From Cenarchaeum sp. (GTDB lineage Archaea; Thermoproteota; Nitrososphaeria; Nitrososphaerales; Nitrosopumilaceae), in NCBI GenBank assembly GCA_965206845.1, contig OZ242221.1, positions 96,001-160,000 of the forward strand: a stretch of 64,000 nt of DNA, given 5' to 3'. Shown in pieces: positions 55,413 to 64,000 of this stretch. The translations under genes were made by a program, and so were the position numbers. Below the pieces are notes generated by a model. The model did not search any database and was not told the DNA's origin. It saw only the letters and a program-made list of their open reading frames with translations. Within the stretch, counting starts at the first letter, position 1. Each line of letters begins with the position of its first letter.

Positions 55413-55846
55413 TGTCACAGGGGCGTAGCCGCGGCAAGGCAAAGGGCGTCGAAGAGTTCCGTCCCTACGTTACCCGGGCACTGCCCGTAGGAGCTCGGAT
55501 CACATGTGCGGACAACACGGGAGCGAAGATACTGGAGATTGTAATGGTGCAAAAGATAAAGACCCGTGTTTCGCGGTTGCCTGCCGCGGCGGTGGGCGAC
55601 TTTGTAAACGTTGTAGTGAAGAAGGGACCGGCGGAGCTCAGAAAGCAGGTGTGGGGAGCCGTGATAGTGAGGCAAAAGTATCCTGTCAGGAGGCTCAACG
55701 GAGTCCGTGTTGCCTTTGAGGACAACGCAGGTGTATTGACCACAAAAGAGGGAGAGGTCAAGGGCACCGACATAAAGGGACCCGTAGCCGCAGAGGCGTC
55801 CGAGAAGTGGCCTAGGCTGGCAAATTTAGCCTCAACGGTGATATAG
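55412..55846 (+). CDS. rpl14: 50S ribosomal protein uL14
   Basis: [13 protein letters not shown] and IKGPVA.E motifs; GTG start. Confidence 0.96.
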   Translation: MSQGRSRGKAKGVEEFRPYVTRALPVGARITCADNTGAKILEIVMVQKIKTRVSRLPAAAVGDFVNVVVKKGPAELRKQVWGAVIVRQKYPVRRLNGVRVAFEDNAGVLTTKEGEVKGTDIKGPVAAEASEKWPRLANLASTVI

Positions 55847-55847
55847 A

Positions 55848-56513
55848 ATGAAGCCAACAAAGATGAGAAACCGGCAGATATACAAGGCAACTTTCAAGGT
55901 GCGCAGTGGCCAGGTGGGAGCCCCGCTGTCAGACGAGCTGCGGGAGAGGTACGGCAGGCGCTCAGTCAGGGTTGTAAAAGGCGACAACGTGTCTGTGATG
56001 CGTGGCGTGTACAAGGACATCCAAGGCAAGATTGCCCGGGTCATGGTATCTACAGGCAGGGTCGCCATCGAGGGCATAAAGAAGGAGAAGGGAAAAGGGG
56101 ACAAGATCGACATACTGATTCACGCGTCAAACCTTGTGGTTACCTCGCTGAACACCAATGACTCTAAGAGGATGGCAAAGATAGACAAAAAGGGCCAACC
56201 ATCAGGGGATGCAAGCGGGATCACGGAAGCAGCAACGGACAAAGTGGCAACAGATGCAAGCACAAGTGAGATCAAGGAAGCGGCGGCCGGTGGGATCAAA
56301 GAAGATGCGGTGACAGATGAGTCAGCAGGCAGGATCAAGGAAGATGTAGCGTCGGATGCAAGCACAAGTGAGATCAAGGAAGCCGCAACAGGTGAGAACA
56401 AAGAGGGTGCAGTAGCAGATGAGTCAGCAGGCAAAAACAGGCCCGATACGAAAAGCAATGAAGCAGATACGAACAGTAAAATGCATGAACAGCAGACCGG
56501 TGAGAGTAAGTAA
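55848..56513 (+). CDS. rpl24: 50S ribosomal protein uL24 with long acidic repeat tail
   Basis: LS.ELRERYG, VKGDNV.VMRG and IHASNL motifs followed by ~105 aa of Ala/Glu/Asp/Thr-rich tail. Confidence 0.93.
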   Translation: MKPTKMRNRQIYKATFKVRSGQVGAPLSDELRERYGRRSVRVVKGDNVSVMRGVYKDIQGKIARVMVSTGRVAIEGIKKEKGKGDKIDILIHASNLVVTSLNTNDSKRMAKIDKKGQPSGDASGITEAATDKVATDASTSEIKEAAAGGIKEDAVTDESAGRIKEDVASDASTSEIKEAATGENKEGAVADESAGKNRPDTKSNEADTNSKMHEQQTGESK

Positions 56514-57229
56514 TGGTTAGCATTTCAGGAAGCAAGAAGCTCAAGAGACAGATGGCCCCGCTCTTCTGGGGAATCGGAAGAAAGGAAAAGTGTTTTGTGG
56601 TTACGGTAAGGCCAGGCCCACACTCTAGGCACTATTCCATCCCATCGGCGGTATTTCTGCGTGATACTTTGGGCATCGTATCTTCGCTGCGGGAGGCCAA
56701 GACGGCAATCTATGGCGGCGGAGTGTCTGTTGACGGAGTCAAGCGCAAGTCGTTGCATCACGGCATCGGACTCATGGACGTAGTCCAACTGAAGAACATG
56801 CCAGAGGCGTACAGGATGGTGCCCTCTGACGGAACGCTTCTCAAACCCATCGTCATCAACGAGTCAGAGAAGAACAGAAAGCTCTGCAGGGTAATCAGCA
56901 AGACCGTCACCCGTGGGCAGAAGATGCAGATCGGATTGCACGACGGCCGCTCCATAATATCGGACATCGCGGTGAACGTGGGTGACACACTCCTACTGCA
57001 GGTGCCAGATCAGAAGGTTCTAGATGTGATACCACTGGCAGCCGGCTGCCAGGCAATAGTAATCGGCGGTGCAAACGCGGGCCAGACTGGAACCGTGCAA
57101 GAGATAAAAGATGGCACATTTGTCCTTCCCAGGATGGCAACTATAGAACTGGGCCAAAGAACGATACAGATTCCCACCGGAATCATAATGGCAGTGGGTC
57201 GGGAAACCCCGTCGATTCAAATCAGGTGA
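56513..57229 (+). CDS. rps4e: 30S ribosomal protein eS4
   Basis: KLKRQMAP, PGPH, FLRD and IGLMDVV motifs. Confidence 0.96.
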   Translation: MVSISGSKKLKRQMAPLFWGIGRKEKCFVVTVRPGPHSRHYSIPSAVFLRDTLGIVSSLREAKTAIYGGGVSVDGVKRKSLHHGIGLMDVVQLKNMPEAYRMVPSDGTLLKPIVINESEKNRKLCRVISKTVTRGQKMQIGLHDGRSIISDIAVNVGDTLLLQVPDQKVLDVIPLAAGCQAIVIGGANAGQTGTVQEIKDGTFVLPRMATIELGQRTIQIPTGIIMAVGRETPSIQIR

Positions 57230-57233
57230 TAAC

Positions 57234-57755
57234 ATGGCGCAAGAGACACAGAATATCATGAAGCAGATATACCTGGACAAGGTGGTTCTGAACATGGGGG
57301 TGGGCAAGTCCGGCCCGGCCATAGTGGCAGCCAAAAAGGCCCTAGATCAGATATCGGGAAGAAAGTCCTGCCCCAGGGATGCTCGGGAGACTCAGAGAGA
57401 CTTTGGTGTCAGAAAGGGAGAGCCCATCGGCGCGGCCGTCACGGTACGGGGAGAGGAGGCCACAGCACTGCTCAAAAGGCTCCTTCAGGCCAAGGGAAAC
57501 GTGGTACGGGCCAAATCCTTTGACAGCTTTGGAAACTTTTCCTTTGGGATTGCCGAGCATATCGACATACCTGGCGTCAAGTACGATCCCGAGATAGGAA
57601 TTCTCGGTATGGACGTGGCAGTCTCCTTGCAGAGGCCAGGATACGCAATACGCAAGAGAAGCAGGCACAAGGCAAGGATCGGCAAGACCCACAGGGTATC
57701 TGCGCAGGAGGCAAGGGACTATATCGTAAGCCAGTTTGGGGTGAATACAGAGTAA
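57234..57755 (+). CDS. rpl5: 50S ribosomal protein uL5
   Basis: KVVLNMGVG, FGVRKGEPIG and GNFSFGI.EHIDIPG motifs. Confidence 0.97.
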   Translation: MAQETQNIMKQIYLDKVVLNMGVGKSGPAIVAAKKALDQISGRKSCPRDARETQRDFGVRKGEPIGAAVTVRGEEATALLKRLLQAKGNVVRAKSFDSFGNFSFGIAEHIDIPGVKYDPEIGILGMDVAVSLQRPGYAIRKRSRHKARIGKTHRVSAQEARDYIVSQFGVNTE

Positions 57756-57934
57756 TGCCAAAGGACAGATCTTACGAGTTTACCGGAAGAAAGAAGCACT
57801 CCTTTGGACGCGGCTCCCGATGGTGCAAGAGGTGTGGTGACTACACCTCCGTGATACAAAAGTACAAGCTCATGCTGTGCCGCCGATGCTTCAGGGAGGT
57901 AGCAGAATCTTTGGGATTCAGGAAGAATATGTGA
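57755..57934 (+). CDS. rps14: 30S ribosomal protein uS14 (zinc-binding)
   Basis: Hand translation MPKDRSYEFTGRKKHSFGRGSRWCKRCG...LCRRCFRE..LGFRK; below the ORF cutoff. Confidence 0.95.
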   Translation: MPKDRSYEFTGRKKHSFGRGSRWCKRCGDYTSVIQKYKLMLCRRCFREVAESLGFRKNM

Positions 57935-57939
57935 TCATC

Positions 57940-58332
57940 ATGCCGGCAACAAACATTCTAGCAAATCTGTTCGTGACCCTGTACAACTCCGAGGCGCGAA
58001 GAAAGAACATGTGCCTGGTGCACCCCACATCCAAGCTGGGAGTCGAGGTGCTCAAGACCCTGCACCGCGGGGGCTACATCGGCGAGGTGGAGCATGTAGA
58101 TGACAAAAGGGGCGGCAAGTTCAAAATATCCCTTCTAGCAAAGATAACCAAATGCGGCGCCATATCGCCACGCTTCAAGGTGGGAAAGGACGAATACCCC
58201 TACTGGGAGCAGCAGTACCTGCCTTCGTATGATAGAGGCATGTTGCTTGTAACCACAAACAAGGGTGTCATGTCACACCACGACGCGATCAACCACAAGA
58301 TAGGAGGATTTCTGATAGGATATGTCTACTAA
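57940..58332 (+). CDS. rps8: 30S ribosomal protein uS8
   Basis: GYIGE, CGAISPRF, YLPS and TNKGVMSH motifs. Confidence 0.96.
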   Translation: MPATNILANLFVTLYNSEARRKNMCLVHPTSKLGVEVLKTLHRGGYIGEVEHVDDKRGGKFKISLLAKITKCGAISPRFKVGKDEYPYWEQQYLPSYDRGMLLVTTNKGVMSHHDAINHKIGGFLIGYVY

Positions 58333-58870
58333 ACTAGAGAAGCTGGAGGTGCAGGTGGAGATTCCCGAGGGGGTCAGCGCCAGCATAACCGGCCACATAC
58401 TGACGGTAAAGGGCCCGTTGGGAAAGACCCACAGAAGCTTCCGCAAGATACCGGTGGGCTTGACTATAGACGGGGGAGCCATAACCGTCAAGGCCCTGGG
58501 AGGACGAAAGAGGGACTATGCCATAATGAACACGGCAAGATCCCTCGTTCGCAACATCTGCCAAGGGGTCGTATCCGGATACACCATAAAGATGAAGATA
58601 GTGTACGCACACTTTCCTGTCACTGTAAAGCCGCAAGACGACAAGGTCATGATCGAGAACTTTCAAGGTGAGCGCTCTCCCAGAGTGGCAAATATCGTAG
58701 GAAAGACAAAGGTCCAGGTGGTAGATGAGGACGTAGTCGTCACCGGACATGTACTGACAGACGTCACACAAACGGCTGCCAACATACACCTGGGGACACG
58801 GATAAAGAAGAAGGATCACAGAGTATTTCTAGACGGCATCTACGTCTACGAGAAGACCACGGGGATATAA
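58322..58870 (+). CDS. rpl6: 50S ribosomal protein uL6
   Basis: VKGPLG, YAHFP, ENFQGE and DHRVFLDGIYV motifs. Confidence 0.97.
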   Translation: MSTKLEKLEVQVEIPEGVSASITGHILTVKGPLGKTHRSFRKIPVGLTIDGGAITVKALGGRKRDYAIMNTARSLVRNICQGVVSGYTIKMKIVYAHFPVTVKPQDDKVMIENFQGERSPRVANIVGKTKVQVVDEDVVVTGHVLTDVTQTAANIHLGTRIKKKDHRVFLDGIYVYEKTTGI

Positions 58871-58877
58871 AACCGGC

Positions 58878-59165
58878 GTGACGCTCGACGGCGAATTCAA
58901 AAGGCAGACAACGAAGCTGATCGAGGATACGCTGCAGCTGTACAAGAAAGCCGGGGCATCACCCCGCGTAAGTGACATCTGGAATGTGGAGAAGATCGGC
59001 GACTTTCTGTGTGGGTTCTTTGTAGGCGAGATGGTCGGCTCGGCCCTGAGCGCATTTCAGGTGTTTCACGGACGCGAGCCCACCCCAGGGGAACATATGG
59101 AAATTGTGGAGATCGTAGAGGGATATTCCGGCGAGATCAGCGAGTTCTTTGCCAGGTTCAACTAA
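58878..59165 (+). CDS. Hypothetical protein
   Basis: 95-aa ORF starting 7 bp after rpl6. Confidence 0.75.
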   Translation: MTLDGEFKRQTTKLIEDTLQLYKKAGASPRVSDIWNVEKIGDFLCGFFVGEMVGSALSAFQVFHGREPTPGEHMEIVEIVEGYSGEISEFFARFN

Positions 59166-59282
59166 GGTAACCAAATCCCGTCTACCGTCATGTCGGCACA
59201 AGCCCGCATGCCAGGCGCTCTAGCCAGAAGAACCAGGTTCGCGCAAGGATTAAATCGCATCTGCCTGCACTGCAATTCGGTT

Positions 59283-59356
59283 GCCGCCCTAGCTCAGCGT
59301 GGTAGAGCGTCGGACTGTTAATCCGTTGGTCGACAGTTCAAGTCTGTCGGGCGGCG
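59283..59356 (+). tRNA. tRNA-Asn (GTT)
   Basis: Acceptor GCCGCCC/GGGCGGC, D-arm tagctcagcgtggtagagc, anticodon arm cgga-ctGTTaa-tccg, T-arm gacag-ttcaagt-ctgtc. Confidence 0.95.
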
Positions 59357-59763
59357 CCTTTACCTTACTGAAGACTCTTGCTACGGCTGCGCGCGTATGA
59401 GAAAGTCCAAAGACATGCAGGAGAACGGCTGGTACCCGCACATGGCTGCGCGCATCAAACCAAGGCACGCGAGGATGTCGCAGGGACTGACAGGTTCCCG
59501 GCCAACTCACAACCGGCACCGGTGGCAAAAGACCGGCCATGCACGGCCTGCTGTCCGGTAGCGCCACCAGGGTTATCCCTGCCGGCATACGTGGTCTGCA
59601 CGATCCCCGCCGGGAGAGGGCAAGATAGCTCCGGCCTGGTGGAAGGGAACGCGGCCGCGGCGCGCAGAAAACGGCTCAAAGCCCAGAACGGACTGGTGAT
59701 TTCATGCTTTGTTCAGTTATGTAGACATCAAGATCTAAATACAAGATACCGTCATATCCCGGT

Positions 59764-60003
59764 ATGTCAAGAGTAAGGCGGGTAAACCGATACTGCATAG
59801 ACTGCGGGGCGCGTCTGGTGTACTATCCCCGGCTGTCAAACCCCAAGGCTCCAAACGAGCATCGCGTTCTGGTATATGCATGCCCGGACTGCACCGCCGA
59901 TTTTGAAAAGCCCAAGATCTTCTCAATACGCCGCAACCAGGTGGAGGATCCGCTAGAGACAGTAGAGGTCGGGATTACGCAGACGCCGCGCTCAAAATCC
60001 TAG
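59764..60003 (+). CDS. Small zinc-ribbon protein
   Basis: CIDCG ... CPDC. Confidence 0.7.
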   Translation: MSRVRRVNRYCIDCGARLVYYPRLSNPKAPNEHRVLVYACPDCTADFEKPKIFSIRRNQVEDPLETVEVGITQTPRSKS

Positions 60004-60196
60004 CATCCGCGGTCACGCGCCTGATGCCATGGATGCGCCAGAGGCAGGTACGCAACCCAGATCCGCGCCAGCCGATGTCATCCACCGCAAACAGCCAAGG
60101 CCACAGGCAGTAGTGGCAAGAGCCAGTGTGCGCCCGGCGGCCGTTTGAAGGCGTCTGATAGAATGATATTATATGGCTGCTGCCCGGATACAGTAC

Positions 60197-61171
60197 ATGG
60201 TAGTAAAGTTTGCCATTCCAAAGGGAAGCCTTGAGGAGGCCACGTTCAAGCTGCTTGAGAATGCGTGGACCAGGGTCAGCCGCAAGAGCAGGACGTACCG
60301 CGTTTTCCTTGACGATCCCGATATAATGGTAAAGATGCTCAGGCCCCAGGAGATACCCACCCTGGTTGCCGAAGGCCTGTACGATGTAGGCATCACCGGA
60401 AAGGACTGGGTAGGCGAGACCAAGGCCGATGTAAAACCGATGCTGGATCTCGAGTACGGCAAGATACGGCTGGTGGTGGCATTTCCCGACCACTATACCT
60501 ACGACAGCCTCGATGCCATGATCGCAGACTATGCAGAGAGCGGAAGGATTTTGAGGATCTCATCAGAGTATCTCACCACCGCCGCCCGATACATCAAGGA
60601 ATGTCCATCGTATGTGAAACACTTTGGGGGCAATGATCCTGCAATTGTGACACCGTGGCTCCGGTTGGGAACCAACGAAAGAGTCCAGATTCATCTCTCC
60701 TTTGGCGCAACCGAGGCCAAGCCGCCGGAGGACGTGGATGCCATAATAGACGTTACAGAGACCGGAACGACCTTGGCGCAGAATGGCCTCAGGATATCTG
60801 AACAGGTACTCGAGTCCAGCGCGCACCTCATAGCAAACAACAAGTCCCTGGCCGATGCCTCCAAACGGGAGAAGATATTTGACATAGTCACCATGCTGCG
60901 GGGAGCTGTGCACGGGAGAAAGTACCTGCACATATACCTCAACGTGGAGGCCAAGAACTTGGATCTGCTCCTAAAGCAGATACCGTCACTCAAAAAACCG
61001 ACCATATCTCCCCTGGTGGAGGACGGATGGTACGGCGTCAACACGGTCATCAAAAAGTCAGAGTACCATGGACTGATCCCCAAGCTTCGCAGGATAGCGC
61101 AGGGCCTGGTAGTCCACGAACCGCGCCAGATTCTTGAGCTGGAAGAGATAAAGCGTGACGAGGAGAATTGA
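60197..61171 (+). CDS. hisG: ATP phosphoribosyltransferase (long form)
   Basis: AIPKGSL, RPQEIP, DVGITGKDW, GATE and DVTETGTTL motifs. Confidence 0.96.
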   Translation: MVVKFAIPKGSLEEATFKLLENAWTRVSRKSRTYRVFLDDPDIMVKMLRPQEIPTLVAEGLYDVGITGKDWVGETKADVKPMLDLEYGKIRLVVAFPDHYTYDSLDAMIADYAESGRILRISSEYLTTAARYIKECPSYVKHFGGNDPAIVTPWLRLGTNERVQIHLSFGATEAKPPEDVDAIIDVTETGTTLAQNGLRISEQVLESSAHLIANNKSLADASKREKIFDIVTMLRGAVHGRKYLHIYLNVEAKNLDLLLKQIPSLKKPTISPLVEDGWYGVNTVIKKSEYHGLIPKLRRIAQGLVVHEPRQILELEEIKRDEEN

Positions 61172-62427
61172 TTAGGATCGTTGCCGTCAGCGATGTAGAG
61201 GACTTTGCCGCAAGCGCCAGGCCAAAACCTGCGCAGACTGCCGCAGTAGATGGCATCATAAGCGATGTGAGGGAGAATGGCGATGCGGCGCTCAGGAGGT
61301 ACGAGGAACAGTTTGGAGGCAGCGCCGGCCCCCTGAGGGTTCCAGAGAGGGAGATCAAAAAGGCCCGGGACGGCCTGTCGTCCGGGCAGGTTGATGCCAT
61401 AAACCTGGCAAGAAGCAGGCTTGCCGATGTCGAGACACGCCTCAGAGAGAGTCTGCAGGACATTGCCGCTGGGTTTCGAGGCGTCAGGATATCCAGGAGG
61501 TTTGAGCCGATAGGGAGCGCAGGCTGCTACGTCCCAGGCGGTCTTGCCCGGTACCCCAGCTCGGCCGTCATGTCTGTCACCACGGCAAAGGTGGCAGGCG
61601 TGGACAGGGTTGTGGTGATAACGCCCTCCAGGATGGGGGAGGTGGATCCTGTGACCCTGGCATCGGCTGACATCTGCGGAGCCGACGAGGTGTACGGAGT
61701 GGGCGGGGCTCACGGCATCGCCGCTCTGGCGTATGGAACCGAGACCATCAGGCCCGTTGGCAAGATAGTGGGTCCCGGGGGGGCCTTTGTGACTGCAGCC
61801 AAGGCTGCCGTGAGCCAGGACGTATCAGTGGATATGCTGGCAGGGCCCACGGAGCTGGCAGTCATTGCAGACAGCACAACCAACCCGGAATATGTGGCAT
61901 CTGACATAATGGCGCAGGCCGAACACAGCAGGGACACATTCTGCTACGTGATCACCACGTCGATGAGCCTAGCAGTGGAGGTGCAGAGGGCAGTGCGGCA
62001 AAAGATCAAGACCGCCCAGCGCAGGGACATCATACAGGCAAGCCTTGCAGGCAACGGGTTCATCGCGGTGTGCCAAGAGATGAGTGATGCGGCAAGGCTG
62101 GCAGATATACTGGCACCAGAGCACCTACAGATAATGACCGAGTCTCCCGGGGATGTGGCAAAGGGGATCAAGAGCGCCGGGCTTGTCCTGCTAGGTTCGG
62201 ACACCCCGTCCACCGCATCAGACTACCTTCTAGGCACGAATCACATACTCCCGACGGGCGGGCAGGGGCGGGTCAGGGGCTCGCTCTCGGTACTGGACTT
62301 TATGAAGCTGGGCACCACGGTCGCATCAGATGCCGATGCGCTGGCAGAGATCTCCGGACACATGATGGAGCTTGCCATGTCCGAGGGCCTGCCAAACCAC
62401 TACGAATCGGTGAGGTGCAGGACATGA
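61168..62427 (+). CDS. hisD: Histidinol dehydrogenase
   Basis: YVPGG, KIVGPG, AGPTE, AQAEH, APEHL and GTNHILPT motifs. Confidence 0.96.
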   Translation: MIRIVAVSDVEDFAASARPKPAQTAAVDGIISDVRENGDAALRRYEEQFGGSAGPLRVPEREIKKARDGLSSGQVDAINLARSRLADVETRLRESLQDIAAGFRGVRISRRFEPIGSAGCYVPGGLARYPSSAVMSVTTAKVAGVDRVVVITPSRMGEVDPVTLASADICGADEVYGVGGAHGIAALAYGTETIRPVGKIVGPGGAFVTAAKAAVSQDVSVDMLAGPTELAVIADSTTNPEYVASDIMAQAEHSRDTFCYVITTSMSLAVEVQRAVRQKIKTAQRRDIIQASLAGNGFIAVCQEMSDAARLADILAPEHLQIMTESPGDVAKGIKSAGLVLLGSDTPSTASDYLLGTNHILPTGGQGRVRGSLSVLDFMKLGTTVASDADALAEISGHMMELAMSEGLPNHYESVRCRT

Positions 62428-63488
62428 GGGAGTGGCTGCAAAAGAGGCTAGATGCGCTGAGCAGGCAGCAAGGGTACGTCAAGCCCGAGATGGGCAGGGA
62501 TGCCGTAAAGATGGACTCCAACGAGAACTTTGTGGTTCCCAAGAGCATGCAGCAAGAGATGCTCCGGGCCTCGAGGGAGACAGACATCAGGGAGTACCCG
62601 CTGGGGGGAGCCGAGAGACTGGCGTCTGCCATCGCCGGGCACCTGGGGGTTCCGCCGCCGTGCGTAGGCGTGGGCAACGGCTCGGACCAGATACTGGATC
62701 TCATACTGACAAACTTTGCAACAAGGAAGACCCGGGTGCTGGCTCCGGATCCCACGTTTACGTTCTTTGAGCAAAGGTGCCGGCTGTACTCTGTCCCCAT
62801 GGCAAGGGTACCCTTTACAGACGAGATGACCCTGGATGCAGACGCGTTTGTGGAGGCATCAAAGGATGCGGACATCATATACATCGACTCGCCCAACAAC
62901 CCCACGGGGTTTCAGTTCCCCAAGAAGGACATGCTCAGGATAATCAGGGGCTTTGACGGCATGGTAATCGTGGACGAGGCCTATGGCGACTTTGCCGAGT
63001 ACAGCCTTGCCCGCACGGCAGCAAGGCGCAGCGGCCTCATAGTGGTGAGGACGTTCTCAAAGTCCCACGGGCTTGCCGGCCTGCGCCTTGGATACTTTGT
63101 CGCTACAAGGAGCTTTGCCCGGGTGTTCAATGACGTGGTCCAGTACCCGTACCCGGTGAACTCCCTTGCCGTAGAAGCAGGCATGCGCGCGCTCTCCAAG
63201 TCAAAGCAGATGCAGGGGGTTGCAGACACGGTAAGGGCCGAGAGGCGGCGCATCATAGACAACCTGCGGCAGTATGACACCTTTGAGGTGTTTGACTCCG
63301 GGGGAAACTTTGTCCTGTTTGACGCCGGGGGCGCCGACAAGCGCGTGTACACAGCCCTTGCAGAACAGGGCGTGTCAGTAAGAAAGCTCGGCAAGATCGG
63401 CAGGCACGAGGGATGCCTGCGGGTGACGGTGGGCACAAGGGAGATGAACTCCAAGTTTCTGCTGGCCGTTCGGGACCTGCTGGGATGA
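62424..63488 (+). CDS. hisC: Histidinol-phosphate aminotransferase
   Basis: DSNEN, GNGSDQ, SPNNPTG, DEAY and RTFSK.HGLAGLRLG motifs. Confidence 0.95.
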   Translation: MREWLQKRLDALSRQQGYVKPEMGRDAVKMDSNENFVVPKSMQQEMLRASRETDIREYPLGGAERLASAIAGHLGVPPPCVGVGNGSDQILDLILTNFATRKTRVLAPDPTFTFFEQRCRLYSVPMARVPFTDEMTLDADAFVEASKDADIIYIDSPNNPTGFQFPKKDMLRIIRGFDGMVIVDEAYGDFAEYSLARTAARRSGLIVVRTFSKSHGLAGLRLGYFVATRSFARVFNDVVQYPYPVNSLAVEAGMRALSKSKQMQGVADTVRAERRRIIDNLRQYDTFEVFDSGGNFVLFDAGGADKRVYTALAEQGVSVRKLGKIGRHEGCLRVTVGTREMNSKFLLAVRDLLG

Positions 63489-64000
63489 TTGCAGCAGACG
63501 CGGTAATCTTTGACTGCGACGGCGTGCTGGTTGACGTGAGCAGCTCCTATGACGCGGCCATCGGAATGACTGCCGACTGCGCCCTGGAGAGGTTTGCAGG
63601 CATAACGTCAGTTCCGGTGGGCGCAGACATGATCGAGGGATTCAAGGGCACCGGTGGCTTTAACGACGAGATAGACCTGACATATGCCGCGGTCCTGTCC
63701 CTGGCGGCCGCTGACCGGCTGGGAGAAGATCCACGCAGGCTTGTTGCCGACGTGGTATCAAACGCCGACGAGTCCGGCATCGCATCAGTCGAGAGGTACC
63801 TGGAGTCGCGGGTCGACCTTGCGGACCTGCGGCGGAGCATGGAGTACCCCGGCACCGGCCGCAGCAGCTCCCTGCACACGATGTTTGATCAGATCTTCTA
63901 CGGCTCCGATATGTACAGGAAGATCTTCCTGCGGGAGCCGGAGATCGAGGGGCCGGGCTTCATAGAGGCGGACAGGCTCATCGTGTCCCAGAAGCTGCTA
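63485..64000 (+). CDS. HAD-superfamily hydrolase (possible histidinol-phosphatase), runs off the window edge
   Basis: MIAADAVIFDCDGVLVDV motif I; overlaps the hisC stop (ATGA). Confidence 0.8.
   Translation, partial: MIAADAVIFDCDGVLVDVSSSYDAAIGMTADCALERFAGITSVPVGADMIEGFKGTGGFNDEIDLTYAAVLSLAAADRLGEDPRRLVADVVSNADESGIASVERYLESRVDLADLRRSMEYPGTGRSSSLHTMFDQIFYGSDMYRKIFLREPEIEGPGFIEADRLIVSQKLL

Overview
Archaeal chromosome segment, most likely Nitrososphaerota (Nitrosopumilaceae, Cenarchaeum-like and possibly host-associated). The assignment is inferred from the archaeal ribosomal protein set (L3-L4-L23-S19 without L2, Rnp1, S4e), aEF-2, futalosine-pathway genes and leaderless TATA-driven genes. 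Bases 1-23 kb are accessory: an IS110 recombinase with a bridge-RNA-like 5' non-coding end between two divergent paralogous unknown genes, a SWIM protein, a contiguous nest of five IS remnants, and an ~11 kb gene for a giant secreted subtilase (S8 - 3 Ig-like - DUF285/BspA - 19 PKD-like + 5 FN3) made of near-identical hierarchical repeats. Bases 24-64 kb are mostly core genes (dsbA, ALDH, HMG-CoA synthase, bioD, mqnE/mqnD, fusA, ilvA, purE, ribosomal protein cluster, tRNA-Asn, hisGDC) with recent IS insertions. The most unusual element is at 33358-35200: a tnpB-only element with no transposase, bounded by ~80-bp terminal inverted repeats and an apparent 8-bp target duplication. It also carries a bidirectional TATA box and a structured outward-facing non-coding segment. 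All family assignments come from motif recognition by eye; no searches were run.
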